Below are positions 10,157 through 19,857 of a stretch of DNA of 56,832 nucleotides, piece by piece. The stretch's first letter is position 1. Every line of letters starts with the position of its first letter. Made by a program: the position numbers and the translations under genes. The notes below the pieces were generated by a model. That model ran no database searches and was not told where the DNA came from. It was given only the letters and a program-made list of their open reading frames with translations. The stretch covers positions 1 to 56,832 of the forward strand of contig JAHDCW010000002.1 in the NCBI GenBank assembly GCA_020629675.1, written 5' to 3'. This DNA comes from Minisyncoccota bacterium (GTDB lineage Bacteria; Patescibacteriota; Minisyncoccia; Moranbacterales; GCA-2747515).

Positions 10157-10362
10157 TGTGTACGGCACTTTTGTTGCAGGTATCCGATTAAAAATACACA
10201 GGCAATCGTCGCTAAGATGAGTCCATTGAGGATGGTTGTGATGCTTAAGATTGGCGGTAAAAACACATTGGCAGAGATAAATGCAAGGTCAGCTGTAAGT
10301 AGCAATGCTAAAGCGTCATAAGATGCTTTATGGAGGGCTGTGTGCGTATCGTGAGAGAGCAT
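10153..10362 (-). CDS. Small two-TM hypothetical protein
   Basis: 69-aa ORF with two hydrophobic helices, 9 nt downstream of the 309-aa gene on the same strand. Support is only positional. Confidence 0.35.
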   Translation of the reverse strand: MLSHDTHTALHKASYDALALLLTADLAFISANVFLPPILSITTILNGLILATIACVFLIGYLQQKCRTH

Positions 10363-10371
10363 AGTGTTGGT

Positions 10372-11301
10372 TTAAGGGATGAGTGCTTGGCGGATTGCGG
10401 TCAAGCGTGAAGTAACATTTTGTCGAGAATAGGCTGGTTTGAGCGTGATGGTGATGCGCTCTAATTCGATAGAGCTAGCGTCGCTATGATCAAGTGAAAA
10501 GACATAATCCTTGCCACTAAATGATGTGATCGTGTTGATTGAGGTTGTGCATGAGTAGGTGTCTTGCCGGAAGGCTTTCTTTGTCAGAAGACATGAGTCG
10601 TTGGTTGTGCGACTGAGTGCTTCGACAGCTACGAGAGATCGAAGATCATCTGGTGTGATCTTTGTGAGTGTATTTGTGGAAGAGAGTTGGTAGACGGTGT
10701 TGTTGTTGTCGATTTCTACAAAACGTGTTCCTGGTGGGTGGACGGATTGAAGATTGAGGATGTGGCCGCGGGTATAGCGATTCCAGATACCACTATCAAC
10801 TACTTGTGAGTCGGCAAAATCATAGCCAAGCGCTTCAAATGTCATCACCGTATCAAATGGATGGCGTACGCCGCCAAGAGCTGTTAGTGCATGTCCTGAA
10901 GTGCCCATCATAAGGCTGCCTGGAGATAGGGGGAGATCAGAAGCATCTTTGATGATTGTCTCCTCATAGGGAGTGCTGAGGTAGGCATAATGGCCTTTTT
11001 GGATCGTAATTGACATACCAGAGAGGTCGATGTCAGAGCGTAGTGTGAGAGTGATCTCGTTCGTTGTGCGTCGTGAGGACCCATGAAAGACAGTTGCTGT
11101 ATCTGTAGTTGCAGGTTGGGCGAGGCGAAAGATCGGATCGATATTTTTGTAGCCATAATAAAGTGTTGCTGTCGGAAAAAGAATATGGTGGATAAATGCG
11201 AGAGCAAGAAAAACAGTGACTAAAACGAGTGCCCATCTAAGGCGAGAATATATTTTTCTTTGTTGTGATGTAAGGGTGAGCTTGGGTGTGATGTCCAACA
11301 T
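10372..11301 (-). CDS. Hypothetical N-terminally anchored extracytoplasmic protein
   Basis: Single TM (WALVLVTVFLALAFIHHILF) followed by a ~270-aa domain. It lies 4 nt downstream of the polytopic membrane gene. Confidence 0.6.
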   Translation of the reverse strand: MLDITPKLTLTSQQRKIYSRLRWALVLVTVFLALAFIHHILFPTATLYYGYKNIDPIFRLAQPATTDTATVFHGSSRRTTNEITLTLRSDIDLSGMSITIQKGHYAYLSTPYEETIIKDASDLPLSPGSLMMGTSGHALTALGGVRHPFDTVMTFEALGYDFADSQVVDSGIWNRYTRGHILNLQSVHPPGTRFVEIDNNNTVYQLSSTNTLTKITPDDLRSLVAVEALSRTTNDSCLLTKKAFRQDTYSCTTSINTITSFSGKDYVFSLDHSDASSIELERITITLKPAYSRQNVTSRLTAIRQALIP

Positions 11302-11305
11302 GCTA

Positions 11306-13111
11306 TTACTTGATTTTATAAATAAGCAGATCGTTGCTGCGCTCTGTGAGTTGCGGTAGGCCGGTAAAGGTCGCTTTAGGATCGCGCGTAAGATATTCGG
11401 TTGTCAGTGTGTAAGTGATAGGGTCTTCAGCGTTTTCTGTGAGAGCCTTGTAGCGCTCACTGCTATCAACTGTAGTAATCAGGTGGATATATTTAAAACG
11501 ATCTGTTTTTAATTTTTCATAGTCCTCAGGATTAAAGAAGTAGACCGCATCCAAGTTATTTGTATGCGTAAAGATACCTGGAAGAAGTGACCATGGATCT
11601 GTGCTTGCGTTGCGGTCGATCAGGACGAGATCATGTGGGCCTAGCAGTGATTGTATTTGCTCAACGTGGAGGGGGAGCGCCGCGTGCTCGCGTACTGTCA
11701 TAAAGGAACTGCTGATGGTGAGATTATATATTACAAAAGCGATTGCAAGCGTGATGCCAGTGAGATGATAGCGCTTTTGGTGGAGTGTGTAGATGATATA
11801 AATGAATGCAAAGCATCCGATGGGGAGAAGCCAATAATAGAACCTGCGGAGCATCCAAGGGTGGTCTGCGCTAATCTGTGGATCAAAAAAGTAAAAAAGA
11901 AGTGGTCCAGTGAGTAGCAGGAGTAAGCCAGTGATGTGACGATGATGTCTATCTCGTACGATTACGCGAAAGAGTGCGAGTACGATGGTTAGTATAATAA
12001 TATGCAAACCGTAACCACTATATACAGGCAAGAGAAAATCGTAAAAAAATGCAGCATTGTCGGCATTTTGTGTGGCGGTCTGGGTTGTTTTAGGTGTAGA
12101 GATCAATAGTGATGCTATCGTTTTGTAGAAAGGAAAGCTAATGATAAGTGCAAGGCAGAGAATGCTTACAAAAAGCGAGCTTGGTAGTAGGATCCTGACG
12201 GGGACATCGGACGCAAGCCAGGACCGGACATGAGGCAGGGACAGCGCGAGAAGTGTAAAGATGCCAAAAAACCACACACCTTCAATCCGTGTGAAAAAAA
12301 GCAGACTGGTACTGAGAATAGATAAAACGATTAGGGATGTTTGGTTTTCTTCTTTGGTGCGCAAAAAGAAAAATAGTGTAAATGAGAGTAACAGTAAAAG
12401 GAGGGCGAGGTTTTCGCTGAGTGTGTAACGTGCAAACCACAAGAGGGGAAATGCACTTAGTATAAGTGCACAAAAAATAGATTCGTAGTAAAGAGTGTGC
12501 TTATTAGATAGTGCAGATCTGAGAAGTGTGCCAGCAATGAGTAGGAAAAATCCAACAAGAATCGCATTGGCAATCGGTGCACCGTGAATACCAAAGAGGA
12601 GGTTGAATCCTCCGAGAAAGCTGATGTACGGCAAAGGGAATTGGGCGATTAGTGATCCAGTAGCGCTGTAGTGGAATCCTGGAAAATTAAGTGCTGCGCC
12701 CGCGCCATAAATTTCAAAAAAACTGCTGATTGCGGGTGACTCGGTGTAAGGTGTGCCAGACTCAGCAAGGAGGTGGGCGGCGTATGCAAGTGTTCCTTGA
12801 TCGCGTCCAGTGAAAAACGATCCAGGATGAAAGTGTGAAAAAATGTAAGTACCTACAAGGATTGCCACTAAAAGTGAAAAGAGTGTATTGTGCGGTATTT
12901 TAATTGAAGTGAATGGTGTCACAGAAAGTTTAAGAAGTCCAATAAATAGACATAGTGTAAGAGGCCACAGTGTCCACCAGTAAAAAGTACCTAGAAGTGC
13001 TAGGAGGTATGCGGACCACGCATAAGAAAGAATGAGTGAGCTGCATAAAATGAGAAAATTGTGATTGCGGGTAGTGTCTGATGATGACATGGGATTGCTT
13101 AAATGTAACAC
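11306..13111 (-). CDS. Polytopic membrane protein, possible GT-C-fold glycosyltransferase
   Basis: More than 12 predicted TM helices, an early loop FTGRDQGTLAYAAHLL, and a ~130-aa C-terminal soluble domain. The functional family is not established. An alternative start is at 13090. Confidence 0.7.
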   Translation of the reverse strand: MLHLSNPMSSSDTTRNHNFLILCSSLILSYAWSAYLLALLGTFYWWTLWPLTLCLFIGLLKLSVTPFTSIKIPHNTLFSLLVAILVGTYIFSHFHPGSFFTGRDQGTLAYAAHLLAESGTPYTESPAISSFFEIYGAGAALNFPGFHYSATGSLIAQFPLPYISFLGGFNLLFGIHGAPIANAILVGFFLLIAGTLLRSALSNKHTLYYESIFCALILSAFPLLWFARYTLSENLALLLLLLSFTLFFFLRTKEENQTSLIVLSILSTSLLFFTRIEGVWFFGIFTLLALSLPHVRSWLASDVPVRILLPSSLFVSILCLALIISFPFYKTIASLLISTPKTTQTATQNADNAAFFYDFLLPVYSGYGLHIIILTIVLALFRVIVRDRHHRHITGLLLLLTGPLLFYFFDPQISADHPWMLRRFYYWLLPIGCFAFIYIIYTLHQKRYHLTGITLAIAFVIYNLTISSSFMTVREHAALPLHVEQIQSLLGPHDLVLIDRNASTDPWSLLPGIFTHTNNLDAVYFFNPEDYEKLKTDRFKYIHLITTVDSSERYKALTENAEDPITYTLTTEYLTRDPKATFTGLPQLTERSNDLLIYKIK

Positions 13112-13173
13112 TCTATTATATAGATCTATTATACATCAAACAATACAGTGTTTGTGGTAAAATAATATTATCT

Positions 13174-15636
13174 ATGAAAAATAAAAGATTCTTTTTATTC
13201 TGGTATTACACGGAGGGGTTGCGACTCTTTTTTGAAACACTGCTTCGTGTAGTGCGCTTTATTCCGTATTTTTTTTCGATGCACTTATTGGTGCGAACAC
13301 TCTTTGCACCATGGCATCGCGATGTCTCCCTCAAGTCGTGGAGCGGTTTTGATCCCGTACGTTTGAGCGGATTGGTATTGTGGAATGTATTTTCTCGGGT
13401 GGTGGGAGCCATAGCTCGAGTGAGTTTTTTGCTAGCCGGATCGATCGCGACAGTTGGCTTTTTAATTCTTTCTTTTGCGCTGCTCTTTGTTTATTTGCTT
13501 TTGCCTGCTGTGGTGGTACTCTCGCTGATTTTTGCTGTGGCGGGGTCATACATCGTTGCTGGGGTGCTTTTGTTCTTGAGTGTGATCGTATGTGCTTGGG
13601 CGCGAAATACGTACACCAACACCTCAATCATCCCGTACGAAAAAATGGATTTGGCTGCTTTGGCGCGCGAGCCATGGTTTGAGCGGGTGTGGAATCGTTT
13701 TGGTATAGCGTCACAAGATATCACACCGCGCATATTGGATGATCCGGGGTCGCTTAAGGATTTTTTGCGGCAACAAGATTTGACGATTGAAGAAGCTGAA
13801 TACATTATTGCCTGGGAGCGAGATCGAAAAATAGAAAAGGAGAAAAAACTGCGCCCTTTTAGCGTGGACCGATTGGCACAGTTACAGCCTTTGGCACTAG
13901 GGTGGCACTATGGCTATACGGTGACACTCAACCAATTCACCAAGGATCTAACATTGTCAGATCATAGTCAGTACGAACGAGCACCTTTTTATGGTCATCA
14001 GGATGAATACCGCGCCCTGGAGGCTGCACTCGAGCGTAGCAGTCATAACAACGCTCTAATTATCGGTGAGCCTGGTATCGGTCGCCACATGATTGTCCAT
14101 GAGTTGGCGAGGCGGATACGGACAGATTATTATAATGGCACAGTATTTATGTCGATGCGTGTTTTACAGGCTGATATTGCAGCGGCAGTGGCGCATGCAG
14201 TAGATCGCGGGATTGATCCGGAATTTGCTGTGGATAACTATTTTCATGAAGCAGCCTACGCAGGAAATGTCATCCTTTTTATAGAGAACTTTGAGGAATA
14301 CATGGTGGCGCGTCGTCAATTTTCCTATGTGTCGATTCTTGAAAAATATCTTAAATTGCCATCATTTCGCGTTGTCGCTCTCACGACGGAGTCGGCATTT
14401 CAAGCGCATATTTCAGAGCACGTGAGTATTGTCGAGCAGTTTGAGGTGATTCATATGCGAGAACTTACGGAGGAGCAAACGATGCATACTCTGTTTACAC
14501 TTTTTTACCATTCAGACCGTGCTGTCTTTACGTTTCAGGCTTTACGTGAGATTGTCGCATCATCGACACAATATATGAATACGGCACCGCTTCCGATGCG
14601 TGCGATTACTCTCGCCACGGGAGTAGAACAGCAATGGGAGAGGGGTGGTGCAGTAGGTATGATTATGCCTAATGATGTGCACCGTTATGTGTCTGAAAAA
14701 ACTGGTATCGCGGTGGGTGCTGTTACCGAAGACGAGAAGGAAAAGTTACTCACCCTTGAAGAGCGATTTCATCAGGACATCATCGGGCAAGATGAGGCAG
14801 TGCGAGCAGTCGCACAGGCTATCCGGCGGATGCGTAGTGGTATGACACGACCGGGACGACCCGTAGGAAGCTTCCTTTTTCTTGGCCCCACCGGTGTCGG
14901 TAAAACAGAGATGGCTAAGACGGTCGCCAAGCATTATTTTGGCTCCGTGGATAAATTTGTGCGCCTTGATATGAGTGAATTTCAAGGCGACGAAGCGCTT
15001 GATAAGTTGATTGGTTCGCGTGATACACGTACTAAGGGGCGTCTTACTGAGATCGTTACTGAGCATCCGCATGGGATCATGTTGCTTGATGAGATTGAGA
15101 AGGCGGATACACGTATATTGGATATTTTTTTACAGCTCCTCGATGAGGGTTTTGTGCATAATGCGTATGGTCGTAAACTGCGCTTCCATAACATGATTGT
15201 GATCGCAACGACAAATGCTGGCTCAGATAAAATTGCTTTATTGTTAGGGGAAAGCGCTGATCAAAATGTGCTGAAGGACAAGATTCAGAATATTGTTGTC
15301 AAGGCGCATACTTTCAGACCAGAGTTTCTTAACAGATTTGATGATACGGTAATCTTTTTACCTATTGTAGATGAGCATATCTATGAAGTCACCAAGTTGA
15401 TGCTGCGAAAATTTGCATCACGTCTCGAAGAGGAGCAGAATATCGTCGTGACTTTTGCGGAAGATGTGGTGCTAGAAATCATAGCGCAAGGCTATGAGCA
15501 GAAATTTGGTGCGCGATCACTGCTGCGCTATATTGATTCTACTGTTGCAGATGCACTTGCAAAAAAAATCATTGAAGGGACGGTTCATCGGGGTGAAAAT
15601 GTTTTCTTTAAAGTGGGGGATTTGGATTCTCGCTAA
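13174..15636 (+). CDS. Membrane-anchored Clp/Hsp100-like double AAA+ ATPase (degenerate D1, canonical D2)
   Basis: N-terminal ~150 aa with several TM helices. D1 has GEPGIGRH (Walker A Lys replaced by Arg) and ILFIENFE (no DE). D2 has GPTGVGKTEMAK, MLLDEIEKA, ATTNAG, RPEFLNRFD and GARSLLRYI. The ORF extends to 13081, but the ATG at 13174 (MKNKRFF) avoids overlap with the divergent gene. Confidence 0.85.
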   Translation: MKNKRFFLFWYYTEGLRLFFETLLRVVRFIPYFFSMHLLVRTLFAPWHRDVSLKSWSGFDPVRLSGLVLWNVFSRVVGAIARVSFLLAGSIATVGFLILSFALLFVYLLLPAVVVLSLIFAVAGSYIVAGVLLFLSVIVCAWARNTYTNTSIIPYEKMDLAALAREPWFERVWNRFGIASQDITPRILDDPGSLKDFLRQQDLTIEEAEYIIAWERDRKIEKEKKLRPFSVDRLAQLQPLALGWHYGYTVTLNQFTKDLTLSDHSQYERAPFYGHQDEYRALEAALERSSHNNALIIGEPGIGRHMIVHELARRIRTDYYNGTVFMSMRVLQADIAAAVAHAVDRGIDPEFAVDNYFHEAAYAGNVILFIENFEEYMVARRQFSYVSILEKYLKLPSFRVVALTTESAFQAHISEHVSIVEQFEVIHMRELTEEQTMHTLFTLFYHSDRAVFTFQALREIVASSTQYMNTAPLPMRAITLATGVEQQWERGGAVGMIMPNDVHRYVSEKTGIAVGAVTEDEKEKLLTLEERFHQDIIGQDEAVRAVAQAIRRMRSGMTRPGRPVGSFLFLGPTGVGKTEMAKTVAKHYFGSVDKFVRLDMSEFQGDEALDKLIGSRDTRTKGRLTEIVTEHPHGIMLLDEIEKADTRILDIFLQLLDEGFVHNAYGRKLRFHNMIVIATTNAGSDKIALLLGESADQNVLKDKIQNIVVKAHTFRPEFLNRFDDTVIFLPIVDEHIYEVTKLMLRKFASRLEEEQNIVVTFAEDVVLEIIAQGYEQKFGARSLLRYIDSTVADALAKKIIEGTVHRGENVFFKVGDLDSR

Positions 15637-15728
15637 GAAGGAGGGGTGAGAGCTGAGGGCTATAGTGGTGCATCTGCTTGGGTTATGAAATCGTAGACTT
15701 TCAAAAAGGTGAAAGTTGCATTTTAGAT

Positions 15729-15757
15729 TTGACAAAGTTCACTGTCTATACTAAATT
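15729..15757 (+). promoter_or_regulatory. Sigma70-like promoter candidate (TTGACA-17-TAAATT)
   Basis: An exact TTGACA at 15729-15734, a 17-nt spacer, then TAAATT at 15752-15757. A GGGAG ribosome-binding site and a GTG follow at 15786. Confidence 0.4.
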
Positions 15758-15856
15758 AGACACACATTAATAATGGGAGTACTTTGTGAAAAATCCAGAA
15801 AAATATGATCAAGAATTAGTTTTTGAACGAGAAACAGATTTCTGGGAACTGAAGGT

Positions 15857-16273
15857 GTGGAAGAGTTCTGTGCACCTGGGGACCTCGCATTATCTCGAGA
15901 GGTTCAGGATCAAGCACGAATTCTTGAGGTTTGCGATAGTGTTTTCCGTATCGAGTTCACACTAAAAAAATGCGAGGTAGTAGATATTGATAAGATTGCA
16001 GAAAGTTTATTTCAAGACATTATGCTAACTTTTGATCTGAATCATGAGGATTATGAAGGTGGTCGCCGTCAAGAGTCAGTTATTCTTTTCTCAAAGGGTT
16101 CACTTTTTAGCTTTGGGTATATAGTATCTTCATCTGGGTCACTGCTTCAATGTAATATTGAAAATTTAATTGATTGCATCGACGCCGGTGATGAATGTGC
16201 AGATTTGCTACAGCTTACGAGTAAAGAGTATACTTTTCACGGCTTTGTATTTCCTGTAGTTGTCAGCGTATAG
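15857..16273 (+). CDS. Hypothetical protein (possibly the 3' part of a frameshifted gene starting at 15786)
   Basis: 138-aa ORF with a GTG start and no convincing RBS. An upstream overlapping ORF (15786-15965) has a promoter and RBS. See findings. Confidence 0.4.
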   Translation: MEEFCAPGDLALSREVQDQARILEVCDSVFRIEFTLKKCEVVDIDKIAESLFQDIMLTFDLNHEDYEGGRRQESVILFSKGSLFSFGYIVSSSGSLLQCNIENLIDCIDAGDECADLLQLTSKEYTFHGFVFPVVVSV

Positions 16274-16296
16274 AGTATGAGGTATGCAAGAGATTG

Positions 16297-16327
16297 CTGG
16301 GGGTCATAATTAACCCTCAGTTTTTTT
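16297..16327 (+). terminator. Rho-independent terminator
   Basis: CTGGGGGT / ACCCTCAG stem (one G-U pair), an 8-nt loop, then T7. Confidence 0.6.
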
Positions 16328-16488
16328 AAACTTTTATTTCTATAAAATGAGTTTGATTGTAAAATTGAGCTTATGAATCATTTTTGAAATTTGCTTTTTT
16401 ATCAAAATTATTGTATTTTTAGGTTAGCAAATACGAGCATTGTCTGCTGTCTCCTATTTGTTTTTTATTTGATTGAGAGTTAGATGAC

Positions 16489-17664
16489 GTGAAGATCTTG
16501 ATGATAGCGCCGACACCGTTTTTCTCCCATCGAGGGACGCATATTCGCATCCTTGAGGAGGCGCGTGCACTGGAAAAGCGTGGACACGAGATTAAGATCG
16601 TAACCTACCATATCGGTGATGATATCCATCAGTATGTGGACTCACAGATTGATGTGAGGCGGATCCGGCGATGGCTTTTCTGGTATCACAAGACAGAAGC
16701 TGGTGCTAACTGGCAAAAAATCATCCTCAATTTATTTCTGATACGCAAGACTTTTTATCTGACGCGAACGTGGAAACCCGATGTGATCCACGGTCACCTC
16801 CATGAGGGTGGCGTGATCGGCTGGATGATGAAGAGGTTCTTTTTTTGGCGGAAGTTGGGTTTTGTGGTGGATTTCCATGGATCTCTCGTGGGGGAGATGC
16901 GTTCTCATGGCTATCTTAAAGTTCCAGTGATTGCTTTTGTCTTTAAAAGAATTGAGCGCTGGATAAATGCTATGGGAGACGCGGCTGTTGTCAGCAGCTA
17001 TGATCACGTCAGTGGCATTCGTGAAGCTAGATCAGACCAGAGAGCTTATGTGATCTACGATGGCTGTGATGTGGCAGTTTATGATTCCCTCTATGATCGT
17101 AAGGGAAGTATTCGAGAGTCATATGGTATTCCTACCGATGCATACGTAGTGGGTTATACAGGCGGTCTCGTCAAAGGGAAGGGTGTGACGACGCTATTGG
17201 AATCGCTGATGCATCTCAGAGATGTAGCTGGGCTACACGTGGTGATCGGTGGCTTTCCCGGCGCATGGGTGGAAGAATTTGTCGCACAGCAGGGTCTTAC
17301 TGATATGGTAACTGTGATTTCTCCGCTGAATTATTTTGATTTGCCAGCAGTTAATATCATGATGGACGTATGTGTCGATCCTAAAGGAGTGAGCTCACGA
17401 CAAGCAAGTGGAAAAATCCTAGGCTATATCGCAGCGCGCAAGCGGGTGATCTGTCTCGATCGCGCGACAAATCGTAAATACTTAGGAGAGACAGCGTCTT
17501 ATATAAATACATCCGATCCTATTTTACTAGCGGATGCAATAAAAAAATATCAGGGTGTGTCACTAACGAAAACAGAGGAGGATGTCATTAGAGAAAAGGC
17601 GCTTCATTTTAGTTGGGAGCGTGTAGGAGAGAGGCTTGAGGGTGTCTACATGACCGTCACCTAG
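16489..17664 (+). CDS. GT4 (GT-B fold) glycosyltransferase
   Basis: GTG start. The N-terminus (V)KILMIAPTPFFSHRGTHIRILEEARAL is typical of GT4, with a C-terminal Rossmann half. Confidence 0.75.
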   Translation: MKILMIAPTPFFSHRGTHIRILEEARALEKRGHEIKIVTYHIGDDIHQYVDSQIDVRRIRRWLFWYHKTEAGANWQKIILNLFLIRKTFYLTRTWKPDVIHGHLHEGGVIGWMMKRFFFWRKLGFVVDFHGSLVGEMRSHGYLKVPVIAFVFKRIERWINAMGDAAVVSSYDHVSGIREARSDQRAYVIYDGCDVAVYDSLYDRKGSIRESYGIPTDAYVVGYTGGLVKGKGVTTLLESLMHLRDVAGLHVVIGGFPGAWVEEFVAQQGLTDMVTVISPLNYFDLPAVNIMMDVCVDPKGVSSRQASGKILGYIAARKRVICLDRATNRKYLGETASYINTSDPILLADAIKKYQGVSLTKTEEDVIREKALHFSWERVGERLEGVYMTVT

Positions 17665-17700
17665 AATTATTTAGAGACTTGGTTTACTATTAGTATAAGT

Positions 17701-19857
17701 ATGATACAGCACAGGAAAAAAAGACATATTTTAGCATCTGCCTCGCTTGCGCTAATCAAGTTCTTTTTTGACATGGGTGTGATCTTATTTGTTGCTTTAC
17801 TTGTGATCTTTGTGTATGTATATAACACCTCTATCGATGCGGATGAACTGACCAAGCGACCGGTGCCGCAAACGTCTATTATTTATGACGCAACCGGTGA
17901 GCATGTTCTCTACAAATTACACGGAGAGGAGAACCGTAAGATTGTAGGTCATGATGATATTTCTGATTATTTGAGACATGCGACGATTGCCATCGAAGAT
18001 GAGCGCTTTTACGATCATACAGGGATTGACATTATCGGTATTTTACGCGCTTTTCGCAAGAACTTAGAGGTACAAGCCATGGTTCAGGGTGGAAGTACGA
18101 TCACGCAGCAAGTAGCGCGTAATGCATTTTTGTCACTTGATAAGACGCTGGCGCGTAAGTTCAATGAGGCAGTTCTCGCGATTAAGATTGAGCGTACCTA
18201 CTCTAAAGAGCAGATTCTTGATCTCTACCTTAATCTTGTGCCGTATGGATCAAATACGTATGGAGCGGAAGTTGCAGCGCAGACGTATTTTGGAAAGAAT
18301 GCCAAAGATCTTTCTCTCGATGAGGCAGCAATGATCGCTGCAATTCCTAAGGCGACGACAGCTTATTCACCGTATTCTGGTAACAAAGATGCGCTTCGTG
18401 CACGTCAGCAGACCATCTTGCGTAAAATGGGAGAACTCGGCATGCATAGTGGAGATAAGGTGCGCGCTGCACTCGCACAGGATACGCTCAAAAAAGTGCG
18501 TCCATTTACGGAGGAGATTGATGCGCCGCACTTTGTCTTTTTTGTGCGTGAAGAGCTGAGCAAGCTCTATGATGATGAAATGCTTGAACAAGGTGGATTT
18601 AAAGTATATACAACGCTTGATTTTGAAATGCAAGAGCGAGCTGAGCAGATGGTATCAAGTTACGCAGAACGTCTGCCACAGTATGGCGCTTCTAACGCGT
18701 CTCTTGTGGCGATCAATCCTAAGACAGGTGGCGTGCAGGCAATGGTGGGGAGTGTGAACTATTTTGATCAAGAAAATGACGGAAACGTCAATGTTTCACA
18801 GGAACTTCGGCAGCCAGGCTCCTCGTTTAAGCCGATTATTTATGCTGCAGCATTTGAGCGTGGTTATCAACCAGAGACACTTCTCTACGATGTAAAAACG
18901 AGTTTTGGTCCGGATGGGCGTGGCAAGGAATACATCCCAGACAACTTTGATGGGCGTAAATATGGACTGGTAAGTATGCGTAAGGCAATTCAGGGATCCC
19001 TTAATATTCCAGCGGTAAAAGCACAGTATCTCGTCGGTACTGATAATGCGATTGATTTTGCTGAGAAGTTAGGAATTTCGTCGTTTACAGATCGTAATCG
19101 ATTTGGTTTATCGCTTGTGCTTGGTGGTGGGGAGGTAAAGCTTGTTGAGGCAGTCGGAGCATATAGTGTATTTGCCAATGATGGTGTGCGTGCACCTGTG
19201 CACAGTATCACCAAGATTGTAGATGCACGCGGTAAAGAAACGGTGATGGCACCAGAGCCGGAGCGTGTTATCGATAATCAGGTTGCACGTAAAGTTAATA
19301 GTGTACTCAGCGATCAAGAGGCGCGCGAGTATGTCTTTGGGCGTGTTAATGTGCTCTCCATCCCAAATCGTACTGTCGCAGCGAAGACGGGTACAACCCA
19401 AAATTTTCGTGATGCTTTGACGCTTGGGTATACGCCGTCACTGGCTGTGGGTGTATGGGCTGGTAATAATGATGGCAGCTTTATGGCTGAGGGCGCGCTG
19501 GGATCCAAGGTGGCAGCGCCGTTATGGCGACAGTTTATCGAAAATGAAATCGCAGGCATGCCAGATGAAAACTTCCCTGATTATGAGGTGATCCAAAGCG
19601 ATCTTAGTATGGTTACAGGTAAGCCAGGAGGGTCAAGCGGGCGTATAGAGTATTACTACAAAAAGAATGGCAAAACAGCGAGTGCGCGTAAATATGAAAC
19701 GTTGGGGCCGGATAAGATCGGTACACGGATCGTCGGCGGAAGTGCGCGTCACTCGATACTTCATTATGTAAATCGTGAGAACCCGCTTGATGATAGTTTG
19801 CCGCCTGAGCGCGGTACGCGTATGTATGGTCGCTGGGAGTCTTCCCTAAGAAGGTGA
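17701..19857 (+). CDS. Class A penicillin-binding protein (GT51 transglycosylase + transpeptidase)
   Basis: GT51 motifs EDERFYDHTGID, GGSTITQQ and RKFNEA. Transpeptidase motifs SSFKP (SxxK), SLN and KTGT. N-terminal TM anchor. Confidence 0.92.
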   Translation: MIQHRKKRHILASASLALIKFFFDMGVILFVALLVIFVYVYNTSIDADELTKRPVPQTSIIYDATGEHVLYKLHGEENRKIVGHDDISDYLRHATIAIEDERFYDHTGIDIIGILRAFRKNLEVQAMVQGGSTITQQVARNAFLSLDKTLARKFNEAVLAIKIERTYSKEQILDLYLNLVPYGSNTYGAEVAAQTYFGKNAKDLSLDEAAMIAAIPKATTAYSPYSGNKDALRARQQTILRKMGELGMHSGDKVRAALAQDTLKKVRPFTEEIDAPHFVFFVREELSKLYDDEMLEQGGFKVYTTLDFEMQERAEQMVSSYAERLPQYGASNASLVAINPKTGGVQAMVGSVNYFDQENDGNVNVSQELRQPGSSFKPIIYAAAFERGYQPETLLYDVKTSFGPDGRGKEYIPDNFDGRKYGLVSMRKAIQGSLNIPAVKAQYLVGTDNAIDFAEKLGISSFTDRNRFGLSLVLGGGEVKLVEAVGAYSVFANDGVRAPVHSITKIVDARGKETVMAPEPERVIDNQVARKVNSVLSDQEAREYVFGRVNVLSIPNRTVAAKTGTTQNFRDALTLGYTPSLAVGVWAGNNDGSFMAEGALGSKVAAPLWRQFIENEIAGMPDENFPDYEVIQSDLSMVTGKPGGSSGRIEYYYKKNGKTASARKYETLGPDKIGTRIVGGSARHSILHYVNRENPLDDSLPPERGTRMYGRWESSLRR

